IMG/VR virus record: IMGVR_UViG_3300005253_000530
Direction: 5' to 3' (one strand)
Origin: a virus
Lineage: Duplodnaviria; Heunggongvirae; Uroviricota; Caudoviricetes
DNA: 26,300 nt
This document shows, in pieces, positions 8,498 through 14,880 of the stretch; position 1 is the stretch's first letter, and the number at the start of each line of letters is the position of its first letter. The notes under the pieces are model-generated. The model searched no databases. It was not told the DNA's origin and saw nothing but the letters and a program-made list of their open reading frames with translations. Both the position numbers and the translations under genes were made by a program.

Positions 8498-8725
8498 CTA
8501 TTTTTTATTTGGGGTCAGGCTTTGTGTTCTTCTTTTTCTTGCCAGCTCCCGTGGTGAAGGTACAAAAGTTTTTACGTTCGGGTTAGCAGGACAGTCATGT
8601 ATTGTATTAGAAACGCATGTCAGTGTCTCCTCGAACCGCAATCCACAGCCTGGACAACAAAAGTAAGTTATTTGATAATGTGGATTTAACACATATGTTC
8701 TAGATTGAATTTCCCATCCTTTCAT
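8498..8725 (-). CDS. Zn-ribbon protein (start reassigned; the track ORF runs through tRNA-Asn)
   Basis: GAGGAG RBS; CCPGC...HDC. Confidence 0.6.
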   Translation of the reverse strand: MKGWEIQSRTYVLNPHYQITYFCCPGCGLRFEETLTCVSNTIHDCPANPNVKTFVPSPRELARKRRTQSLTPNKK

Positions 8726-8745
8726 TTTAGCCCATCTCCTCTTTT

Positions 8746-8818
8746 CTGGCGAAGCAGGATTTGAACCTGCGATCTGTCGGTTAACGGCCGACTGCTTTAC
8801 CAACTAAGCTACACGCCA
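8746..8818 (-). tRNA. tRNA-Asn(GTT), C33 variant, no encoded CCA
   Basis: T1-A72, G73; GTCGG-CC GTT AA-CCGAC; T-arm GCAGG TTCAAAT CCTGC. Confidence 0.9.
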
Positions 8819-8855
8819 TCTGTTTGTAGCCCGGTTTAACACCGAGCTACTTTAT

Positions 8856-9074
8856 TTAGGACTCGTCTCCGGCTACGGCTGTTTTTGCAGCGCCCCCAAT
8901 TTTAGTAGCCTTACTCTTTCTGTGATCACTGTGACAAGTTTTACACCAATGACTGAACCCGTCCTTTGAGGACTTGTTCCTTGGCCAATAGGTACTTGTC
9001 AACTCTTTGGTCCTTCCACACTCTTTTCTTGCACACTTCTTTGCTGCCATTTCTGCTACTGATAATTCTGTCAT
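8856..9074 (-). CDS. Zn-finger protein of the type often attached to phage HNH proteins
   Basis: CARKEC...RNKSSKDGFSHWCKTCH. Confidence 0.7.
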   Translation of the reverse strand: MTELSVAEMAAKKCARKECGRTKELTSTYWPRNKSSKDGFSHWCKTCHSDHRKSKATKIGGAAKTAVAGDES

Positions 9075-9117
9075 ACTAATTCTCCCTTTTAATTATATTT
9101 TAGTGGGTTCTCCACTA

Positions 9118-9267
9118 TTAATCTATATAATCTAGACTATTCCCGTCTTCTAGTCCAAGTTTATATGCTTCATCTATTATCTCTGGTACCCAGCTTAGAT
9201 CCCTACAGAATCCAACATCCACGCCATTCAGATCAAATTCAATATCAATAGTAATTCTACGTTTCAT
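9118..9267 (-). CDS. 49-aa hypothetical protein (not in ORF track)
   Basis: AGGAG RBS; MKRRITIDIEFDL... Confidence 0.6.
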   Translation of the reverse strand: MKRRITIDIEFDLNGVDVGFCRDLSWVPEIIDEAYKLGLEDGNSLDYID

Positions 9268-9287
9268 ATTATATATTCTCCTATTAA

Positions 9288-9518
9288 TTATGGAAGCGTA
9301 ACCCTTATGAATCCTTTGTTCACTGCAAGATAATCACCTATCTGCCATTCTAATTCATATTCATCAAGTACTTTTATTACTATCTTTTGCATTGGAAGGC
9401 TATACCCTGTGATTATTTCGAGTTCTGATCCGCCTGACTTCCAGTTTGCTTCAATAAATCTGATAGTTTCATTTCTTGCGTCCATATGGCTGATACTATG
9501 TAGGTCTAGTTTTTCCAT
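9288..9518 (-). CDS. Stand-alone Smr-domain protein
   Basis: KLDLHS...ARNETIRFIE...LEIITGYS resembles the Smr LDLHG and IITGKG motifs. Confidence 0.65.
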   Translation of the reverse strand: MEKLDLHSISHMDARNETIRFIEANWKSGGSELEIITGYSLPMQKIVIKVLDEYELEWQIGDYLAVNKGFIRVTLP

Positions 9519-9520
9519 TT

Positions 9521-10186
9521 TTATAACCACCTCTCGGACACAGTAGATTTTGATTCAACAAAATTACAAAAGTAAAGACTGCCACCTATTATTTCAATAT
9601 GTTCTCCTCTAAAACCGCCTCCGCAGTTAAAGAAATCACAGCCTTCTATTGTGATGTAGTACTGTCTGTGATGGTGCCCCATTATAATAGTGTTTACTTT
9701 TGGAAAATGTTTGGCTATCTTTTTTTGTAATATAACCAGCCTTACTATTTCAGTATCTCTCATGCTGGTATTATCTTGTTCAGGCTTTGTATATTTGACG
9801 ATATTACCGCTACATGGTAGTATTGTGTCTTTATTTTTGATCGCGCCGTAATGAGTCATGAAAAAGTCAACAATATCTTTGAAATATCTATTAATAAACC
9901 CAGCTTGTCTTTCTTCATTATGCCCATGAATAAGTAGAACTTCGTCTGTTAATAGTATATGATCCACTAAGCCTTTTCTAACTGTATCAATTCTGTACTC
10001 ATGGTTCCCCATTATAGGTGTGTGAGGTATATCAGCGTAATAATCTGGATACATACGAGTATCACCAAGAAAATATATGCGACGGGATCCTTCTTTTTGT
10101 ATTAAAAGACTATGTACTGATGGATTATACCCTCTTTCTGAGTGTAAGTCTGATATAAATAAGCTATCTTCTATGTCTTTAATCAT
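9521..10186 (-). CDS. Calcineurin-like metallophosphoesterase
   Basis: SDLH, LGD, GNHE, IHGH and GHHH motifs in order. Confidence 0.9.
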   Translation of the reverse strand: MIKDIEDSLFISDLHSERGYNPSVHSLLIQKEGSRRIYFLGDTRMYPDYYADIPHTPIMGNHEYRIDTVRKGLVDHILLTDEVLLIHGHNEERQAGFINRYFKDIVDFFMTHYGAIKNKDTILPCSGNIVKYTKPEQDNTSMRDTEIVRLVILQKKIAKHFPKVNTIIMGHHHRQYYITIEGCDFFNCGGGFRGEHIEIIGGSLYFCNFVESKSTVSERWL

Positions 10187-10199
10187 GATGCTCTTCCTT

Positions 10200-10271
10200 T
10201 GGAGGGGATGGAGGGAATTAAACCCTCATCCAGTGGGTTGCAATCACTGTACCGGATCACCGAACACCCCC
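10200..10271 (-). tRNA. Compact tRNA-Cys(GCA)-like gene with tRNA-Pyl-type architecture
   Basis: GGGGGTG-T-TCGG TGAT CCGG-TA-CAGTGA TT GCA AC CCACTG-GAT-GAGGG TTTAATT CCCTC-CATCCCC-T-CCA. Confidence 0.7.
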
Positions 10272-10275
10272 TTTT

Positions 10276-10461
10276 TTAATTATACCAATGGTCTATGCTG
10301 CCAAAATATTCACAGCACAAACAATATAGTGCTCGATATTTTCCTCCATCATTTAACAAATTTCCTACTGAATCATAAACGCGATAGAACTTTCCTTTCC
10401 TTCCTTTGTCCATGTCTCCTTCTTCAGCTAAAGACTCTTTACAAAAAGGACATTGCATCAT
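10276..10461 (-). CDS. Zn-ribbon protein
   Basis: CPFC...CLCC; ATGA overlap with the upstream gene. Confidence 0.6.
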   Translation of the reverse strand: MMQCPFCKESLAEEGDMDKGRKGKFYRVYDSVGNLLNDGGKYRALYCLCCEYFGSIDHWYN

Positions 10462-11339
10462 CGCTGCCATAATTTTTTCCAATATCTCTTTGCTCTATAT
10501 TTTATAGTCCACTTTAGTTCTTTTGGTTTTAACCAATCGTACTTTCGGTGTAGTATATCTTTTATTATTATTTTAAGCGACTCCCAGTATAAAATTTTAC
10601 TTGCATATAAATTTCCACATTGATATCCATTCATGGCTGGAAAATAGAAGTTATTGGTCGCTCCCATACCACATTCAAATAATACGAACTCTATGATCTC
10701 GTCCTTTAGTTCGCCTTGTCGCATTTTTGGCTGATATATATCATTGAATACCTCATAATCTCTGAATACAAATATACTAGAGATAGATGAAAGGAAGTGA
10801 TTACCTCTATCATGTTCTTTATCCCTGCCTAGAATTCTATAACAGTCATCAAACATTTTGATGTTTTTTTCTACTTCCTTTAGATATCTTTCAAGCTCAT
10901 TAGTAAGTGCCAGCATTGGATTATCTCTAGGCTCGGCAAATATTGGGCAACTAATCCCGCCCCATTCATTTGCTATTGAGCATTTCTTTACCATAATATC
11001 ATAAATTTTTCGGTGGACAAACATACCAGACGAAATAGTTCCCACTGCAGGACCCTTTTCTTTAATAGATATCACTTTATCGATAGGGATGCCAAAGAAC
11101 TCCTCTATGATCTCTGTATTTCTATTCTTTTCGATATTTTCTACCCTACCATAATCATCATACTCACCAAAAATAGGTAGAGTAACTGGAGCATAAAAGC
11201 AGTGAGTATATATTAGCATATCATTGCCATCACCTATATGATAACGATACCTAGCCTTCTCCAGTGGTATGTATGCTACTGGATCACCAGCGCCTATACT
11301 TACATTTGATATTGAACATGCTACATTAAAACTTCCCAC
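10458..11339 (-). CDS. Hypothetical protein, 293 aa
   Basis: Long ORF; MGSFNVACSIS...PIFGEYDDYG; no function recognised. Confidence 0.8.
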   Translation of the reverse strand: MGSFNVACSISNVSIGAGDPVAYIPLEKARYRYHIGDGNDMLIYTHCFYAPVTLPIFGEYDDYGRVENIEKNRNTEIIEEFFGIPIDKVISIKEKGPAVGTISSGMFVHRKIYDIMVKKCSIANEWGGISCPIFAEPRDNPMLALTNELERYLKEVEKNIKMFDDCYRILGRDKEHDRGNHFLSSISSIFVFRDYEVFNDIYQPKMRQGELKDEIIEFVLFECGMGATNNFYFPAMNGYQCGNLYASKILYWESLKIIIKDILHRKYDWLKPKELKWTIKYRAKRYWKKLWQR

Positions 11340-11514
11340 GATTCGGTTTCTCCCTTGATCTTATTTCCTCTGGGTATAATTCTATTTCTCTACGACTGTT
11401 GTCTGGCCTAACTATTATATAATATCCTCTTGTGCCAGTGATTGTCGCAAGAGTAGTTGGTAGATCTTTTATGTCTTTCCTTAGGATCACGACTTTATCT
11501 CCTATTTTATACAT
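11326..11514 (-). CDS. SH3/KOW-like small protein
   Basis: AAGGA RBS; YKIGDKVV; start reassigned out of the tRNA. Confidence 0.6.
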   Translation of the reverse strand: MYKIGDKVVILRKDIKDLPTTLATITGTRGYYIIVRPDNSRREIELYPEEIRSREKPNRGKF

Positions 11515-11528
11515 TTTAATTTTCCTTT

Positions 11529-11602
11529 TAGGGCGGGAAGGTCTCGAACCCATCACTCTCCCGGTTAAAAGCCGGGTGCTTGCCCTGCTAAGCTGCCGCC
11601 CC
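11529..11602 (-). tRNA. tRNA-Lys(TTT) with C8 and bulged T-stem
   Basis: GGGGCGG CA GCTT...AAGC A CCCGG CT TTT AA CCGGG AGAGT GA[T]GGG TTCGAGA CCTTC CCGCCCT A. Confidence 0.9.
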
Positions 11603-11605
11603 TCA

Positions 11606-11803
11606 TTAAGTTATCATTCTTTGTAGGAATCTTCTAGCTTCCTCGTCAGTTATGCGTGTCTTTGATATTGCTGGGTTGTATGATATAAAATATTTTTTAT
11701 CTTTTGCATACAGCCCATCTACATACATATCTAATTTTAATAGTATTTCATTGTATGGTTTACCGGGAGATACATCTACAATTACTGTAGCTATTCGTTC
11801 CAT
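11606..11803 (-). CDS. Hypothetical protein
   Basis: AAGGAG RBS; 65 aa. Confidence 0.7.
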   Translation of the reverse strand: MERIATVIVDVSPGKPYNEILLKLDMYVDGLYAKDKKYFISYNPAISKTRITDEEARRFLQRMIT

Positions 11804-11819
11804 ATTGTAATTCTCCTTT

Positions 11820-11893
11820 TGGGGCAGGAAGGATTCGAACCTATCGTTCTTCCGATTAAGAGTCGGATGCTTGACCTGCTAAGCTGCTACCCC
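11820..11893 (-). tRNA. tRNA-Lys(CTT) with C8 and bulged T-stem
   Basis: GGGGTAG CA GCTT...AAGC A TCCGA CT CTT AA TCGGA AGAAC GA[T]AGG TTCGAAT CCTTC CTGCCCC A. Confidence 0.9.
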
Positions 11894-11900
11894 TTAAAGT

Positions 11901-12083
11901 TTAGATACATATTGAAGGGTGCTGGATTACCCGCTCTATTTTTGAAGGTCATATTGGTTGCGAACCTAACTTTCTTCAAGTTCAATTGGACAGCATCCTC
12001 TTAAACGTGCTCCGTTCAAGCGCTCTATGAAATATCGCAGCGCTACAAATATTTCTTGAGCTAACCCTTCGATATATATCTAA
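11901..12083 (-). ncRNA. Candidate structured tRNA-like ncRNA (~183 nt)
   Basis: 20-bp terminal inverted repeat (18/20) enclosing a cloverleaf skeleton with expanded D and T arms; promoter directly upstream. Confidence 0.55.
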
Positions 12084-12086
12084 TGA

Positions 12087-12115
12087 ATTATACCCCCTTT
12101 AATATCTCATGTATA
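12087..12115 (-). promoter_or_regulatory. Sigma70-like promoter for the candidate ncRNA
   Basis: TATACA-N17-TATAAT ending 3 nt before 12083. Confidence 0.55.
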
Positions 12116-12263
12116 TACATGTTTTACAACTTAGTTTGTCATCGGTTTCTACATAATTTTCTACTTCTCTAAATGTTGTAAGACATCTGCATATTGGTCC
12201 GTACATTTTCCATACGCTGCCACTGGCATGCACTGTACTGCTTTCTCACTAAGCTATACCCCT

Positions 12264-12407
12264 TTAGTTATGTACTCCAGTTGAAAATTGATGACCACAA
12301 GTTTTACATTGTTTTACATAATCAAATACACAAACAAAGGTCTGAGCTGGTGTTATATCACTGCTGTTACACTTAGGACATTTAACTATTTTACCGTTTT
12401 CTTTCAT
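12264..12407 (-). CDS. 47-aa Zn-ribbon protein (not in ORF track)
   Basis: CPKC...CKTC; ATGA overlap with the upstream gene. Confidence 0.65.
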   Translation of the reverse strand: MKENGKIVKCPKCNSSDITPAQTFVCVFDYVKQCKTCGHQFSTGVHN

Positions 12408-12715
12408 GCATTTTTTTCCCCATATATTAATGAAGTGTAAAACTCATCCCTTTCCCACTGTTTGAACTCTTCCTGCTGTATCTTAAGACTTTCAGCTGAT
12501 AGTTTTTTAGTCTGTTCCCAGATTCTTTTCTGCTTTTGTTCTGACTCTTCTCTACCTGTCTTCATAAATTTTGCTACGTCATCCCATACCTTTTCTGTTG
12601 AGATTGTTTCTCTGTTATCATAGTCCATGAACTTTCTTCTGTAAACAGTATCGCCGTCTCTTTCATAGATGTATGTGTCATCTGCCTTTATAAATACTTT
12701 TTCTTCTAAGTCCAT
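12404..12715 (-). CDS. Hypothetical protein
   Basis: AGGAGG RBS; 103 aa. Confidence 0.75.
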   Translation of the reverse strand: MDLEEKVFIKADDTYIYERDGDTVYRRKFMDYDNRETISTEKVWDDVAKFMKTGREESEQKQKRIWEQTKKLSAESLKIQQEEFKQWERDEFYTSLIYGEKNA

Positions 12716-12739
12716 AATTAATTCCTCCTAATTCTTGTG

Positions 12740-12814
12740 CGGAGCTAGTGGGACTTGAACCCACGATCTCTACCGTGACAGGGTAGCGAGCACTCCAGAC
12801 TGCTCCGTAGCTCC
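12740..12814 (-). tRNA. tRNA-Asp(GTC) with C8
   Basis: GGAGCTA CG GAGC...GCTC G CTACC CT GTC AC GGTAG AGATC GTGGG TTCAAGT CCCAC TAGCTCC G. Confidence 0.93.
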
Positions 12815-13144
12815 TTATCTGTCTTCAAATTTGTTTAGATATTCTAATAGATCTTCTTCGTTTTTATATCCGAAGTATTTATCAGTATAAATTATATTTA
12901 TATCTCCGCTATAAAATGGAGATTTTTCTATCTCTTCAAGCGGCTTTACTGTAGCAAACGATTCACAATCCCAGTGGTGCTCTTCAAAAATAAAATTATC
13001 TCCAAATTTTATTCGGGAAATAGCAAATGATTTCCTTGGAGGTATTCATATACCATAGTTAGCATTACGTGCTGCTATTCTATAGAGGTATCCACCTTTG
13101 AGGTCTTTTATTTTTAGGTATTCTTTGATTCCTTTTGTAGCCAT
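12815..13144 (-). CDS. 109-codon gene with one in-frame TGA (readthrough gene or pseudogene)
   Basis: AGGAGAG RBS; MATKGIKEYL...NYGI*IPPRKSF...LNKFEDR then TAA; TGA at 13046-13048. Confidence 0.65.
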
Positions 13145-13223
13145 TCATTACTCTCCTACATAGAGCCGAACTTTCAGTGCATATTCGAATAATCTAACTC
13201 TCCTTCCAGTAGGGGGTGTTATT

Positions 13224-13715
13224 ATGCATAAATGTACTAATTTACTATGTGATAATGAAACAAATAATCCTAAGTTCTGTAGCAGATCTTGTGCTGTGTC
13301 TTACAACAATCAAAAATTTCCTAAGCGCATCAAACAAAAATATTTTTGTAGAGTATGTGGTATTGAGATATTTTCACGCCGTCTTTTCTGTGATGCACAC
13401 AACCCACAAAAAGTGGATTGGTCAAAAAGAACAATAGAAGAGGCAGTTACTTACCACAATGGTGCTTCTAATAGATATGGTAGAATACGAGATCATGCTA
13501 AGCGCACCTATCGAAATTCAGATAGACCAAATAAGTGTGAAAAGTGCGGATACCATAAACACTATGAAGTATGCCACATAAAACCTATTTATTTGTTCAG
13601 TTTGAACACCATTATTTCTGTTACTAATGATATAAACAACTTAATAGCTCTATGCCCAAATTGCCATTGGGAATTTGATAATGGTTTATTTGCTCCCACC
13701 AGGAATCGAACCTAG
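13224..13715 (+). CDS. HNH endonuclease with N-terminal Cys-rich domain
   Basis: FCSRSC; CEKC...EVCHIKP...NNLIALCPNCHWEFD. Confidence 0.9.
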   Translation: MHKCTNLLCDNETNNPKFCSRSCAVSYNNQKFPKRIKQKYFCRVCGIEIFSRRLFCDAHNPQKVDWSKRTIEEAVTYHNGASNRYGRIRDHAKRTYRNSDRPNKCEKCGYHKHYEVCHIKPIYLFSLNTIISVTNDINNLIALCPNCHWEFDNGLFAPTRNRT

Positions 13716-13761
13716 ATTATCGCCTTATCAAGACGGTGCTCTACCACTGAGCTATGGGAGC
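13691..13761 (-). tRNA. tRNA-Ile(GAT)
   Basis: GCTCCCA TA GCTC AGTGGTA GAGC; TT GAT AA loop; C27-A43 mismatch; TTCGATT T-loop. Confidence 0.9.
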
Positions 13762-13764
13762 TTA

Positions 13765-13842
13765 TGGAGGCAGGGGAAGGATTTGAACCTTCGATTTGTG
13801 GCTTATGAGACCACCGACTTAACCAAACTTGTCCACCCTGCA
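13765..13842 (-). tRNA. tRNA-Met(CAT), initiator-like, CCA encoded
   Basis: T1/C72 mismatch, A11-T24, CT CAT AA loop, TTCAAAT T-loop, T73. Confidence 0.85.
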
Positions 13843-13848
13843 TCATTG

Positions 13849-14016
13849 TCATGCTATGCCTTCACTATGTTCTATAATAAACTTCATGCTATTAATAAAT
13901 TCGACTATTGACATCCATTCTTCTATGTACCCTTTGCTACCGCAATCATAATATCCGTTCTCTCTTCCGTCACATATTGGGCAATCTTTTCTAACCATTA
14001 CTTCTTTTATACTCAT
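13849..14016 (-). CDS. 55-aa hypothetical protein (not in ORF track)
   Basis: AAGGAG RBS; CPICDG...DCGSKGY. Confidence 0.6.
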   Translation of the reverse strand: MSIKEVMVRKDCPICDGRENGYYDCGSKGYIEEWMSIVEFINSMKFIIEHSEGIA

Positions 14017-14028
14017 TTTATACTCCTT

Positions 14029-14205
14029 TTACTCTTCGAGGAACTCTGACATTTCCTTGTCATTATCAAACCACCCATTGCCATCTAAAGATAACAAGCC
14101 ATCCAAATGTTTTAATATTTCCTTTGCGGCCAAATTAACATCCCCATACCTCAGCTCTGGACAGTTCTCATAGATAATACCGATAATTTTGTTTCTTAAT
14201 TCCAT
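14029..14205 (-). CDS. 58-aa hypothetical protein (not in ORF track)
   Basis: AAGGA RBS; MELRNKIIGII... Confidence 0.6.
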   Translation of the reverse strand: MELRNKIIGIIYENCPELRYGDVNLAAKEILKHLDGLLSLDGNGWFDNDKEMSEFLEE

Positions 14206-14220
14206 ATTAATTATTTCCTT

Positions 14221-14289
14221 TGACGAGTCTCGGTACTGACCCGAGCTGACCCAGGATATGAACCCGAGTTGATCACTTGACCCCTCGCC
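14221..14289 (-). tRNA. Compact tRNA-like gene, CAT anticodon, atypical
   Basis: GGCGAG-G-GGTC AAGT GATC-AA-CTCGGG TT CAT AT CCTGGG-TCAG-CTCGG GTCAGTA CCGAG-A-CTCGTC-A. Confidence 0.55.
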
Positions 14290-14427
14290 TTATCCTTTTC
14301 TGATTTCTTCTATTTCTTTCTCACCCCTCACATGATCACATGGTTCTATTAGTACTTCAAAGTTTATGTTTATATGATGTGTGAGTTCTTTACCACATTT
14401 TGCACATTTTAATATAATTGCCACCAT
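14290..14427 (-). CDS. 45-aa hypothetical protein (not in ORF track)
   Basis: AGGAG RBS; CAKC...CDH; stop abuts the tRNA-like gene. Confidence 0.55.
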   Translation of the reverse strand: MVAIILKCAKCGKELTHHININFEVLIEPCDHVRGEKEIEEIRKG

Positions 14428-14448
14428 TTTCTCCTATTACATCGCCTT

Positions 14449-14484
14449 ATATATATTATAGAACAAAATAGCAATTTTGCTAGA
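14449..14484 (-). promoter_or_regulatory. Conserved promoter motif, copy B
   Basis: TCTAGCAAAAttgCTATTTTgTTCTATAATATATAT; contains the palindrome TAGCAA-NN-TTGCTA. Confidence 0.65.
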
Positions 14485-14486
14485 TG

Positions 14487-14789
14487 CTATTTTTCTTTTT
14501 TTCCAGCCGCATTATTGACAGCGGGTACAAAAGCCCCATGAAAGTAATTCATTAGCATATATTCAGCCAATACGAGTCTATTATACTTATTTCCTGCGCC
14601 TTTCATTGTACGATCCCATTCCGCTTGTGTTTCTTTAAGATTCTCTTGATATTCTGGAGGCGCATTCTTTATAAGAGCTTCGATTTCTTTCCTTCTTTCG
14701 ATCTCGAACATGAATCTATTTTCTTTGAACAGTTTCGACCGACGAGCATGTTCTTCAAGAGATTTCTTTTCTCTCTCTTCTTTTTCCAT
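14487..14789 (-). CDS. Helical hypothetical protein
   Basis: AAGGA RBS; 100 aa. Confidence 0.8.
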   Translation of the reverse strand: MEKEEREKKSLEEHARRSKLFKENRFMFEIERRKEIEALIKNAPPEYQENLKETQAEWDRTMKGAGNKYNRLVLAEYMLMNYFHGAFVPAVNNAAGKKEK

Positions 14790-14806
14790 AACTATTTCCT
14801 TTCGTG

Positions 14807-14877
14807 AGCGGACATGGAGAATTGAACTCCAGTGAACAGGGTGGAAGCCTATCGCATTACCACTATGCTATGCCCGC
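14807..14877 (-). tRNA. tRNA-Gly(TCC)
   Basis: GCGGGCA/TGTCCGC, T73, CT TCC AC loop. Confidence 0.93.
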
Positions 14878-14880
14878 ATT

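Noticed and set aside
10200-10271. True tRNA-Pyl / amber suppression
   Set aside because: The anticodon is GCA rather than CTA, the discriminator is U73, and no pyl genes are present.
11901-12083. tmRNA or 6S RNA
   Set aside because: No G3-U70 pair, CCA or tag ORF for tmRNA. Local hairpins give a branched fold rather than the 6S rod with a central bubble. Not fully excluded without an Rfam search.
12098-12248. Small Cys-rich gene, possibly frameshifted (…VHASGSVWKMYGPICRC…CKTC)
   Set aside because: The protein-like frame has no clear start, and the RBS-linked GTG is in another frame; too ambiguous to call.
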